From an uncultured Acidobacteriota bacterium (lineage in GTDB: Bacteria; Acidobacteriota; Vicinamibacteria; Vicinamibacterales; UBA2999): a DNA stretch of 64,000 bases. A model generated the notes under the pieces. The model saw only the letters and a program-made list of their open reading frames with translations, was not told where the DNA came from and did not search any database. Positions 12,821-23,098 of the stretch are shown here, in pieces. The DNA lies in assembly GCA_963841895.1 (NCBI GenBank), contig CAWJEO010000020.1, forward strand, positions 87,852 to 151,851, read 5' to 3'. Both the position numbers and the translations under genes were made by a program. Numbering within the stretch: position 1 is the first letter of the stretch; each line of letters starts with the position of its first letter.

Positions 12821-14449
12821 ATGATTCGCGTTCGTGCGCTCGCGCTCGTTCTGGCGGCGGTCCTCGCCGCCTGGTCGCCGGTCGCGGCCAGAAAGTCCGT
12901 CGATCTCGATTCCGCCACCGTCGCCGACCTCAACGCGGCGTTCAAGGCCGGCACGCTGACGTCGGAGCGGCTGGTCCAGCTCTCGATCGCGCGGATCGAG
13001 GCCTACGATCGCAAGGGGCCCAACCTTCGCGCGGTTCTGACGCTGAATCCGAAGGCACTCGACACCGCACGCGCGCTCGACGCGGAGCGCAAGGGCAAGG
13101 GCCCGCGCTCGCCGCTGCACGGCATTCCCATCGTCCTCAAGGACAACTACGACACCTTCGACCTGCCGACCACTGGCGGCTCGGTCCTGCTCGAAGGCTC
13201 GCTCCCGCCAGATGACGCCTTCGTGGTGAAGAAGCTCCGCGACGCCGGCGCGATCATCCTGGCGAAGGTCAACCTGTCGGAGTTCGCTTCCGGCGGCGCG
13301 TTCAGCTCACTCGGCGGCCAGACGCGCAACCCACACGATCCCACCCGCTCGCCATCGGGCTCGTCGGGCGGGACCGGCGTCGTCCATCGCCGCCGGCTAC
13401 TCGACGATCGGCCTCGGCACCGACACCGGCGGCTCGATTCGCGGGCCGTCGACCGCCAACGGCATCGTCGGCCTCAAGCCCACGCATGGGCTGCTCAGCC
13501 GCGACGGCATCATCCCGCTCGCGCTGAGCTTCGACACCGGCGGCCCGATGGCTCGCAGCGTCTACGACGTGCGCGGCGCCTCGGGGTCATGACCGGCATC
13601 GATCCGGCCGATGCCGCGACGAAGAAGAGCGAAGGGCGATTCGAGAGCGACTACACGAAGTTCCTGCAAGGCCGATGCGCTGAAAGGCGCGCGGATTGGC
13701 ATCGCGCGCGACTTCCTCGGCGCGGATCCCGACGTCGACTGGGTGGTGGACGCCGCCCTCGAGGCCATGAAGAAGGCCGGCGCGACGCTCGTCGACGTGC
13801 GCTATCCGCAAGTGGCTGCTCGACGCCAAGGAGGAGTTCTACAGCGCCATCCGCCGTCCCGAATTCACCGTCCAGATCGAGGACTACCTGGCGACGCCTC
13901 GGACCGAAATACCCGAAGACGATCGCAGAATTGATTGAACGCGCGGAGCAGTTCACGGCGCACGCGCGCCGACGGCGCCGGTCCCAATCCGAGCGCGGTG
14001 GAGCCTTGTTCAAGCGGGAAGCTCGAGAGCGGCACGATGGACGGACTATCGCTACACCACCGTCCGCGATCACGGACTGCCGCTGGTGCGCGCCGTGGTC
14101 GAGGGCTGCTGACGCCCAACGGCTCGACGCGATCGTGTATCCGACCTCGTCGCGACGTCCCGGTCTCATCGCCGACCCCGGCGTCAGCGCCGCCGCGAGC
14201 CTGGCGCGATCCTTGGGGCAAGGGGCTCGGGCCACGAACATCGCCAACCTCACCGGGTTTCCCGATCTGATCGTTCCGGCGGGATTCACCGGCGATCAGC
14301 TGCCCGTCGGCCTGTCGTTCTTCGGGCCCGCGTTCAGCGAAGGCGAAGCTGCTGGCGCTCGGCTACAGCTTCGAACAGGCGACGCAGGCGCGGCGGCGGC
14401 CGGTGACGACGCCGGCGCTCGCCGGCGAGACGCGATCAACATCCCGTGA
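12821..14449 (+). CDS. Secreted amidase (amidase-signature family), with several frame breaks and an uncertain 3' end.
   Basis: ATG at 12821. Signal peptide [23 protein letters not shown]. Family motifs [36 protein letters not shown] and [14 protein letters not shown]. Confidence 0.8.
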   Translation: MIRVRALALVLAAVLAAWSPVAARKSVDLDSATVADLNAAFKAGTLTSERLVQLSIARIEAYDRKGPNLRAVLTLNPKALDTARALDAERKGKGPRSPLHGIPIVLKDNYDTFDLPTTGGSVLLEGSLPPDDAFVVKKLRDAGAIILAKVNLSEFASGGAFSSLGGQTRNPHDPTRSPSGSSGGTGVVHRRRLLDDRPRHRHRRLDSRAVDRQRHRRPQAHAWAAQPRRHHPARAELRHRRPDGSQRLRRARRLGVMTGIDPADAATKKSEGRFESDYTKFLQGRCAERRADWHRARLPRRGSRRRLGGGRRPRGHEEGRRDARRRALSASGCSTPRRSSTAPSAVPNSPSRSRTTWRRLGPKYPKTIAELIERAEQFTAHARRRRRSQSERGGALFKREARERHDGRTIATPPSAITDCRWCAPWSRAADAQRLDAIVYPTSSRRPGLIADPGVSAAASLARSLGQGARATNIANLTGFPDLIVPAGFTGDQLPVGLSFFGPAFSEGEAAGARLQLRTGDAGAAAAGDDAGARRRDAINIP

Positions 14450-14486
14450 GCATTCGTCACAGCGTCGGTCACTGATCACGAGACGC

Positions 14487-14531
14487 GAACTGCAGGTCGA
14501 AACCTCGAAACCTCGGAACTTCAGTTCTTCG
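14487..14531 (+). repeat. Exact 8-nt phased repeat tcgaaacc / tcgaaacc / tcggaact / tcagttct, with an inverted gaactg...cagttc frame.
   Basis: Read directly at 14497-14528. Confidence 0.7.
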
Positions 14532-14554
14532 CTGGCGTAACGGATAATGTGCTG

Positions 14555-16688
14555 ATGCGCTATCTCGTGTTGTTGTTCGCTGTGTCGACGACGCTGGCGC
14601 CGCTGCGCCGCCGAGGCGCAGACACCAGCCGCAAGGAACGCCGCGCCTGACGCTCCCACCGGTGACGGTCACGGCGCAAAAGGAGCCGGCCGATCGGCAG
14701 AACGTGCCGATCAGTGTGACCGCGGTGCCCGAAAGAAACGCTGTGGGACGCCAAGGTCACCGCGGTCAGCGAAGCGTCGGTTTACGCGCCGAACGTCTGG
14801 TTCAACGAATTCTCGGTCCGCAAGCTCAGCAACGCGTTCTTCCGCGGCATCGGTTCGAGCCCGAACAATCCCGGCGTCACGACCTACATCGATGGCGTTC
14901 CGCAGCTGAACGCCAACTCGTCGAACATCGAGTTCAGCGGCGTCGGTCAAGTCGAGTTCGTGCGCGGCGCGCAGAGCACACTGTTCGGACGCAATACGCT
15001 CGGCGGCGTCATCAACATCGCCAGCGAGCGGCCATCGCTGACCGGCTGGACCGGCAACGTCGTCGCGCCATTTGGCGACTACTCCACGCGCGAGGTGCGG
15101 GCCGCCGTCTCCGGGCCGATCAACGATCGGCTGGCGGTCGGCGCCTCAGGGGGGCCGCTCGGATCGCGACGGCTTCACCGTCAACACGCTCAGCGGCAAC
15201 AGCCTCGACTCGCGCGAGGCGACCTTCGGCAAAGCGCAGGTGCTGTTCGTTCCGAGCCGCGCGTTCGAAGCGCGCGTGATCGTGTCCGGCGAGCGCGTCG
15301 CGCGACGGCGACTACGCCTTGAGCGATCTCGACGGCCTCGCGCGAGCGACCGTTCGAGACGGCGCGCGACTTCGAGGGCCGCCAGAATCGCGACCTCTTC
15401 AACACCACGTCGGCCACCCGCTACGAGAGGGCCCAGCGTTCTCGGTCACGACGACGACCGGATTCGTGAACTGGAAGACCGAGGACACGACCGACCTCGA
15501 CTACTCGCCGCTGCCCGCCGCGCGCCGCAACAACAACGAAGAGGATTTCCAGTTCACGCAGGAAGTCCGCCTCGCCTCCGCGGCCGCCGCGCCGATCGCC
15601 CTGTCGTCGACGGCCTCTCTCAAGTGGCAGGCCGGCGTCTTCTTCTTCTCGCAGAACTACGATCAGTCGGCCGTGAACAGCCTCGCGCCGTTCGTGCTGT
15701 CGCCGCAGATTCCCATTCGCGGTCGACTCAGACCTCGCCGCTCGCCGAGCTCGAGGATCGCGGCATCGGCCTCTACGGCCAGGGCACCGTGACCTTGAAC
15801 GAGCGGCTCGACGTGACCGCGGGCGCGCGCTTCGATCGCGAGAGCAAGGACGCGCTGCTCGAGTCGTTCCTGACACCGGCGATCTTTCCCGGCAGCACGG
15901 TCGACGCGAGCGAGGACTTCTCGAACGTCTCGCCGCAGTTCGCCGTCGCCTATCGCGTCTCACGCCGACCAGATGGTCTACGTCTCGGCCGGCAGCGGCT
16001 TCAAGGCCGGCGGGTTCAATCCCGCGTCGCCGCCGGGGAGCGAAGGCTACGGCGAGGAACACACCTGGAACTTCGAGGGCGGCTGGAAGTCCGTCGTCGC
16101 TGGGCGGGCGGCTGGTCGCCAACGCCGCGGTGTTCTTCATCGACTGGGACGACCTGCAGCTGAATCTGCCGAACCCGTTCGTGCCGGCCCAGTTCTACAT
16201 CGCCAACGTGGACGGCGCGCGCAGCCGCGGCGTCGAGTTCGAAGCTCACCGGCGCGGCCGAGCGAAGGCATCGACGTGTTCGGATGCGTTCGGCTACACG
16301 CGCGCGACGTTCAAGGACGGCACGATTTCGAGCGGCCTGGACGTGACCGAGAATCGGCTGCCGAACACGCCGAGTTCACCTTCACGTGCCGGCGACGCAG
16401 GTGTCGCGGCCGGTCACCGAGCGGTCAGCGTCTACGGCCGCGGCGAGATGGCGTCCTACGGATCGGTTTTTCTATGACGACTTGAACCGCGCGTCGCAGG
16501 ATGCGTACGCCCTGGCCAACTTCCGCGTCGGCGCGCGCAGCCGGCTGGTGTTCGGCGAGTTCTGGATCAAGAACGCGTTCGACACGCACTACATTCCGCT
16601 CGCGTTCCCCTACTCCACGCAATCGGGCTTCATCGGTGAAAGCGGGAGACCGAGGACACTCGGAGTGAGCGTCGGCGTGACTTTCTGA
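14555..16688 (+). CDS. TonB-dependent (siderophore-type) outer-membrane receptor, with many frame breaks.
   Basis: MRYLVLLFAVSTTLAP. Plug region VTVTAQKEPADRQNVPISVTAV, GIGSSPNNPGVTTYIDGVPQ, VEFVRGAQSTLFGRNTLGGVINI. Barrel region LKWQAGVFFFSQ, VYVSAGSGFKAGGFN, IANVDGARSRGVEFE. C-terminal residue F. Confidence 0.85.
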
Positions 16689-16699
16689 GCTGAACGCCT

Positions 16700-16798
16700 G
16701 TCAGTTTTCAGTTTCAAGTTACCAGTTCAAAGGGCGCTCAGCTCGGCATGTGCGCACCCGAGGCCCTTTGAACTGGCAACTGGTAACTGTGAACTGAC
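16700..16798. repeat. Long imperfect palindrome made of 7-nt NNCAGTT units, with 36-nt arms (16700-16735 and 16763-16798).
   Basis: gtcagtt ttcagtt tcaagtt accagtt caaagggc compared with the reverse complement of the right arm, gtcagtt cacagtt accagtt gccagtt caaagggc. It lies between convergent gene ends. Confidence 0.85.
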
Positions 16799-16811
16799 GG
16801 TCGCCTCCGCT

Positions 16812-17317
16812 CTACTTCTCGGCCTTCCCTCTTTCAATCCGTCCGAACATGTGGCCGCCGCCGCGGCCGGCGTGCGCCCATGTCCCGGCATACAGATCGC
16901 CGTAGAAGAACACGCGCGCCGTGAACGTGCCCATGCCGGGAATCGAGGCATCGGTCATCAGGATGATCGGCGTGTCATCGGCAAACGTCATGCGCACGAC
17001 GATCGGCAGCGGTCACGCCCGATTCGCCGATCTTGGCGTTGAAGCGCCACTGATCCGGGCCCGACCTTCTCAACGTTGTAGAGATCGTAGCGGTCGGGCG
17101 TCGCCGCGCGATCTTCGCGGCCGCGAATCGTGAACCGGCCGACCAGCGCCGCGCCGTTCATCTTTTCGGCGAACTCCCGCTCGACTGCCGGCAGCGTCGC
17201 CGGATCGATGGCGCATCCCATGCCCGTCTTCGCCACGAGCCATCCGGCGGCGAAGACCACGAGGAGCGCGATCGACCAGATGCCGAGCGTTTCATCCACG
17301 ATCCTGCCCTGCGCCAT
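16812..17317 (-). CDS. Hypothetical membrane-anchored protein with one or two frame breaks.
   Basis: ORFs 16988-17317 (TM segment IWSIALLVVFAAGWLVA) and 16812-16997 (FADDTPIILMTDASIPGMGTFTARVFFYGDLYAGTW) join into one product. I recognise no family. Confidence 0.45.
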
Positions 17318-17362
17318 AAGTCGACGCCTGCGGTGTTGCGCGGTAATATGCGGTGCATCCTC

Positions 17363-18593
17363 ATGAGCACGTCAAATGTCCAGGGCCGACGGCCGACGCT
17401 GGCGGCGTCCCGCATCGACCGCGCGGTCCGCCCGTGGATCGTCGCGGGCGTCATCACCGGCGCGCGCTGATCGCCCTTGACCTCCTGGTTTCGTGGCGCC
17501 AGTCGGCGCTCTTCATGGTCGGGGTGTTCGCCGGGCTGGTGCTCTACCACGCGGCGTTCGGGTTCACGTCGTCGTGGCGGGTCTTGGTCAGCGACCGGCG
17601 CGGCGCCGGGCTCCGCGCGCAGATGCTGATGCTGGCGGTGACGTGCGTCGATGTTCTTCCCGCTGCTGGCGTCGGGCTGCCGTTCGGACAGCCGCTCCGC
17701 GGATTCGGTCTCCCCCGCCGGCGTGGCGGTTGTCGCCGGCGCCTTCATCTTCGGGATCGGGATGCAACTCGGCGGCGGCTGCGCCTCCGGCACGCTCTTC
17801 ACCGTCGGCGGCGGCAGCGCCGCATGCTCGTCGACGCTCGTTGTTCTTCATCGTCGGCTCGGTGTGGGCACGGCACATGCGCCGTGGTGGGCCGCGCAAC
17901 CCGCGTGGGGATCGATCTCGCTGCTCACGACGTTCGGTGTGGTGACGCGCTCGCATCAGCCTCGCCGCTTTCGCCGCCATCGCGGCGCTGACGGTCTGGC
18001 TCGAACGGCGCCGTACACGGGACGCTGGTCGAGGCTCCCGAGCAATTCGTCATCGCCGTGGCTGCGCGGGCCATGGCCGCTCTGGTCGCCGGCGCCGTCG
18101 GCCTCGCCGTCGTCAACATCGCGACGCTCGCTCCTGGCCGGCCGGCCCTGGGGCGTCACGTCGGCGTTCGCGCTGTGGGGTGCGAAGGTCGCGCAAGCGA
18201 TCGGGATTCCCGTCCGCGTCGTGGCCATACTGGACGGCGCCCGCGCAGAAGGCGGCGCTCGAGGCGAGCGTCCTCACCGACGTGACGTCGGTCATGAATT
18301 TCGGGATCATCCTGGGCGCGCTGCTCGCCTCGCTGCTGGCGGGCAGGTTTCTGCCGGCGTGGAGAGTCCCGACGCGATCGCTCGTCGCCGCCATCATCGG
18401 CGGACTGCTGCTCGGCTACGGCGCGCGCGTCGCGTTCGGCTGCAACATCGGCGCGTATTTCAGCGGCATCGCCTCGGGCAGCCTGCACGGCTGGATGTGG
18501 TTGCCTGCGGCGTTTGCGGGCAGCGCCCTCGGCACTGGATGCGGCCGATGTTCGGGCTCGGCGTCGAACGATACCATCGATCGTCGCTGCTAG
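17363..18593 (+). CDS. YeeE/YedE family (thiosulfate/sulfur-compound transport) membrane protein, with five or more frame breaks.
   Basis: FIFGIGMQLGGGCASGTLFTVGGG and LLLGYGARVAFGCNIGAYFSGIASGSLHGWMW are the two diagnostic Cys motifs. Confidence 0.8.
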
Positions 18594-18632
18594 ACGTAGC
18601 CGGCCGCGCGCGCTCAGCCACCGCGCCGCACA

Positions 18633-18945
18633 ACCGGTCGAAAAAGCTTGTCCCAGCCGTCCACGTCGAGTCCGCTCGAAGCATAGGTCTACGGCGCCGG
18701 GTTGCGCGCGATATCTAAGAGCCGCGGCGCACGACCGGACCAGTAGGCCCGGGTTGCGCGCGACGAGTCCGCCGCTATCGGAGCCCGGTCGAAAGCTGTC
18801 CAGCGAGCCCTTCTATCTGAGCCCGCTCGAACCATCGGTCTATGTCATCGCCTTGGGGATCTTCCTGAGCGCCGGCGCGACGGCCGCGGCGCTTCCGGCG
18901 CTTCGCATGCTGCGCGCCGATCCGATATCGGCGCGCTCAGGCACG
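18633..18945 (+). pseudogene. Tandem degenerate remnants of the C-terminal end of an FtsX/ADOP-type ABC permease.
   Basis: YLSPLEPSVYVIALGIFLSAGATAAALPALRMLRADPISAR matches the permease C-terminal helix and the RADP tail. There is no upstream body. A diverged copy of about 65 nt sits at 18633-18700, compared with 18786-18855. Confidence 0.55.
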
Positions 18946-18966
18946 AGTGACGGCCGACGGATATCC

Positions 18967-19761
18967 CTACTTCACGAAGCTGCACTCGGAACAACTTCGG
19001 CCAGAGCTTGCCGGTAATCAGAAACGTCTTCGTCGCCGCGTCGTAGGCGATGCCGTTCAGCACGTCGACGCCTTCGCGCTCGAGCGGCGACAGCAGCGCC
19101 GGCACCTCGATGCGCTGCGTGACGCGGCCGGTGGCCGGATCGATGCGGACGATCAGGTCGCGCATCCAGACGTTGGCGTAGACCGCGCCATCCGCGCACT
19201 CGAGCTCGTTCAGCTGCGGCAACGGCTGGCCGTCCATCGTGACGGTGACAGCTCGGGCAATGCCGAAATCGCCGGGCCGACGACACGGTGAGGTTGGCCG
19301 ATCCATCGCTCATGACGAGCGACTTGCCATCGTGGCAGAGCCCCCAGCCCTCACCGCGGTAGCTGAACTCGCCCTCGCCGCGCGAACGTCCGCAGGTCGT
19401 AGCGCAACGCCGCTGCCGTTCTGCCACGACAACTGAATCAGTTCGTCGCCGACCAGCGCGAGCCCTTCGGCGAAGATCGGCGGAGCGCACGTCGACGCGA
19501 CGGATGACGCGGCCGGTCTCCATCTCCACTTCGCGGAGGCTGGACTTGCCGACCAGCCCCGTGCTCTCGAGCAGCTTGCCGTCGTGCAGGACCAGGCCCT
19601 GCGTGAACGCCGCGCGATCGTGCGGATACGCGCGCACGACTTCCACGCGCAAGCGCTCGACAGCCGCCTGTTCCCGTCCAGCCGTCTCGCCCACGATCGT
19701 CAGCTTCCGCGACGGCTGCAGCGATCAGAGCGACCGCCGCGCCACGATCCGACGAGTCCAT
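18967..19761 (-). CDS. Glutamine cyclotransferase (glutaminyl-peptide cyclase, beta-propeller type), with three or more frame breaks and approximate ends.
   Basis: YPHDRAAFTQGLVLHDGKLLESTGLVGKSSLREV, FAEGLALVGDELIQLSWQ, NELECADGAVYANVW and LNGIAYDAATKTFLITGKLWPKLF. Confidence 0.8.
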
Positions 19762-19792
19762 ATGAGTCCGTGAGTCGTGCCATCCGTCGCCA

Positions 19793-20863
19793 TCATTTCC
19801 GGACCGTCGCCAGAAACTCGCGCAACCTGCGCCCCCCAGATGGCTGGCAGCGTGTGCGTGCCGTGCCCGCGCGTCTGATCGGTGATCGGCAGCAGGATGA
19901 ACCGGCCGCGCGGCACCTGCTTGATGAGCGCTTCCATCATCGGCAGCTCCGGCGGATTGACGAAGTCGTCGGCTGAATTGATCGCCAGGAGCGGCGCCGT
20001 GATCTTCGCGAGATGCGGCGCCGGGTTGTAGTCCTCCGAGGCCCGGAAGTAATAGATCATGTCGTTGGCGTCGGTCGACTTCGTGCGGTTGGCGATTTGA
20101 TCGGCCAGCCAGCGTCGACCTGCTTGGCCGTCGGGTTCTGCTTCTGCCACTGCAGCGGCACGCTCGTCGCGATCATCAGGAACCCGATGCGCGCTGGCCA
20201 GATTGCGCGGCGGTTCGGTGTAGTCGCCGTTCTTCCACGTCGGGTCGGTGACGATCGCGTCGACCAGCATCTTGCGCCACATCCGGTTGCGTCCCGCGAT
20301 CTCGACCGGATTGCTGGCGAGCGGGACGAGCGCGTCCATGAACGTCGGATACAGGTAGCCCCACAGCCACGAGTGCATGCCGCCCATGGATGTCCCGGTC
20401 ACGAGATGCAGGTGCGACAGGCCAAGCCCTTCGGTCACGAGCTGTGCTGCAGCCGCACCATGTCGGTGTAGCCGTAGCGCGGAAACTTCATCCGCAGTCC
20501 GTCGCTCGGTTTGCTCGATTTCCCGTGCCCGACGTTGTCCGGCAGGATGATGAAGTAGCGCTCGGCGTCGTAGAGCTGGCCCTTGCCGTACAGACGGCTG
20601 GCGAATCCTTCACCGACAAACTGCGCTCCGGTCCCGCCGGTGCCATGCAGGATGAGAATCCCGTTGCGGACGACGCCGTCGGCGTCTTTGCGCGGCTGGC
20701 CGATCGTCCGGTAATGCAGCTTCAGCTCGGGCAGCGTCTCGCCGCTCTGGAACGTGTAGTTCTTGACGATGAAATCGCGCTCGACGGGAGCCGGGTAGCT
20801 TTGCGCGAGACCAGGAGCGGCCGCCCACAGAAGCAGGACCGCAGCCGTGAGGAAATGGAACAT
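19793..20863 (-). CDS. Secreted alpha/beta hydrolase (MetX/homoserine-acetyltransferase-like fold), with three frame breaks.
   Basis: Signal peptide MFHFLTAAVLLLWAAAPGLA, ILILHGTGGTG and the nucleophile elbow VTGTSMGGMH. The tail is restored as LREFLATVRK-stop at 19793 after a break at a C6 run. Confidence 0.75.
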
Positions 20864-20900
20864 TCCGAGATGTTACTGCTACTCGGGACGGCCTCGGGAT

Positions 20901-20964
20901 GACCGGGCTAAAGCCCGGTCCCACTACCCAGAGTGGGATTGTGGGGCTCGGCTTCAGCCGAGCC
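20901..20964. repeat. Head-to-head pair of REP-like hairpins (REPIN-like doublet).
   Basis: GACCGGGC taaa GCCCGGTC cca CTAC (20901-20927) and GTGG GGCTCGGC ttca GCCGAGCC (20941-20964). The inner hairpin is cccac..gtggg. Confidence 0.6.
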
Positions 20965-20973
20965 GGACCAGAT

Positions 20974-21828
20974 TTATCGCAGAGTAAAGGTGAGCTCGAT
21001 CGTGATGATGACCGGCACCGGCTCGCCCTGCCGCATGCCGGGCACGAACTTCCACTGCCTGCGCCGCCTTCAGCGCTTCCTGATCGAGGCCGAAGATCGA
21101 ATCGAGTGACCGCGTGATGCGCGCGTCGCCGACGTTGCCGTCGGGCATCACGATGCACTCGACCCACACCATGCCCTGCACTTTGGCGCGCATGGCGTCG
21201 GCGGTGTACTGCGGCTTGACCTCGCGGATGCACGCGCGGCACCGTCACGCCGCTGCCGGGACGATACGCTCCGCCTCCGGTGCCGCCGCCAAAGCCTGGC
21301 CCGAGGCCGGAACCCTGGCCTGGGCCGATGCCCGATCCCGTTCCGGTTCCCGCACCGCCGCCGGTGCCAGAGCCCTGCGAAACTGTCGACGCGCTCTCAG
21401 CGACGATCGCGCCGGCTAGCGGTTGCTCGGCCGCTGCCAGGGTCTTGGCCGGGATGTTGAGGTCCTCGAGGGGCTTGACGTCTTCCACTTTGGGCGGCTC
21501 GAGCTTCGGTTCAGGCTGGCCTGACGACGGGAACGGTGATCTTGTCGCGGCCGGGCAATTCCGCCTTCTTCGGCGGGTCCGGCATCTTGTTGCCACCGCC
21601 GCCACCGCCGCCGCCCGGCCCAGGCTCGGCAATCCACACGATGCCCTTCAGCGGATCAACCGGCGCGACGACCGCCGCCGGCCGTCCGGGACGTAGGACA
21701 TCACCATGAAGACGATGACGCCCATGATGATGTGCGACAGCACGGAGGCGCTCGACGCCGACCTTGGACTGCTGATGCTCGAAATTGAAGGAGATGTCGA
21801 TCGGCCGGTCGGGGCGGACGTGCAGCAC
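20974..21828 (-). CDS. tonB: Energy transducer TonB with a Gly-rich linker. The frame is broken and the start is uncertain.
   Basis: C-terminal domain AMRAKVQGMVWVECIVMPDGNVGDARITRSLDSIFGLDQEALKAA..WKFVPGMRQGEPVPVIITIELTFTLR. Linker PGPGGGGGGGGNKMPDPPKK and GSGTGGGAGTGTGSGIGPGQGSG. Confidence 0.75.
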
Positions 21829-21990
21829 GTGCTCAGAGACGGGTGGCTCGCTCAGAGCCGTTCGAACCTGCTGAGCTGTGAGGTCCCGGCGTGTCCTGCA
21901 TACGCTAAGTGACCGGCGCTGACTTTCATTCTGGAGCTTTACCGTGCCAACCACAAGAGCAAAAGAGACGCCATTACGCGCCCTGCCGTC

Positions 21991-22836
21991 TCAGCGGGCG
22001 ATGTACCCACTTCGCGCCCTCACGGTCACACCAGACTTGTCCACTCGTACCTGAATGCTGCGCCACCCGCCGTCCTCAGGAGACGCCGGCGCGCGGCGCA
22101 TAGCCAATGAGGTACTGCGCTCGCAAGTCCTCGGCAATGGCCTGGAGCGTGGCCTGCAGCCGGGCCGGGTCGGCCAACTGAAACGAACGGCCGCCGCTGA
22201 TTGTCGCCAGTTCGGCAAACAGGGTGGGCCGCTCCCGCCCAATCGCGACTGGGTACATTAGGACGTCCGAGCGCCGAGCCCGGTCGAGCACGTCGCTTGC
22301 CGACGCCGAGCTGTAGCGATCCTCGCCGTCCGACAGGATGACGATCGCCCGCCGCCCGGTCTCGCGGCTCGAGGAGGTCGAGGCTCCGCACGATCGCATC
22401 GTTCAGCGCGGTCGTGCTCCACGGGTCCAGCGTCCCCAGCGCGCTTCAGTGCGGCCGTTTTGTCGGTATCGAACGGCGCCAGCACCTCGACGTCACCGGT
22501 GATGCTCAAGAGCATCGCCCGATCGTCCGATTTCAGCGACGCCAGGAACGCACGCCCGGCAGTCCGCGCCATCGTCAGCGGCGTTCCTTTCATGCTGAAG
22601 CTGCGGTCGATGGCCAGAGCCACCGACGCCGGGAACTCGTCGTCGACGAAGGTCGTGATCGTCTGCGGCGCGCCGTCTTCGAGGACCGTGAAGTCGGCCG
22701 CTGTCAAGCCCCGAACCGCGCGTCCGTCAGATCCAATAACTGTCGCAAATACTTCGACTTGCGTGACTCCAGAACGGAACTGCGGGGGCTCGCGCGCGTC
22801 AAGCCCAGCCGACGTTAATGCTAGAATCGTCGTCAT
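21991..22836 (-). CDS. VWA domain-containing protein with two frame breaks.
   Basis: FRSGVTQVEVFATV, ASVALAIDRSFSMKG, RRAIVILSDGEDRYS, VLMYPVAIG and LRAQYLIGYAP...VTVRARSGYIAR. Confidence 0.75.
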
Positions 22837-22867
22837 TACCGCGACACGCGGAGTGAAGGAGCCGAGC

Positions 22868-23047
22868 ATGGGACTTGTCGCTTTCTTCGGGCCAATCGGG
22901 CTGCCGGAGATGCTGATCATCCTCGTGATCATCGTGCTGATCTTCGGTGCAAGCCGCCTGCCGGAGATTGGTAAGGGCATTGGCAGCGGAATCAAGAATT
23001 TCAAGGCGTCCGTGAAGGATTCGGTGGACACCCCGAAGAACAGCTAG
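22868..23047 (+). CDS. tatA: Twin-arginine translocase subunit TatA/E.
   Basis: MGLVAFFGPIGLPEMLIILVIIVLIFGASRLPEIGKGIGSGIKNFK. ATG at 22868. Confidence 0.9.
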   Translation: MGLVAFFGPIGLPEMLIILVIIVLIFGASRLPEIGKGIGSGIKNFKASVKDSVDTPKNS

Positions 23048-23062
23048 CCGCTCGAAGCGACT

Positions 23063-23081
23063 GGCAGGGCTTTGCCCTGTC
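23063..23081. terminator. Short hairpin between the convergent tatA and selB ends.
   Basis: ggcagggc ttt gccctgtc, an 8-bp stem including one G-U pair. There is no clear U-tract. Confidence 0.3.
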
Positions 23082-23098
23082 TCCCGGCGGGTCGGTCG

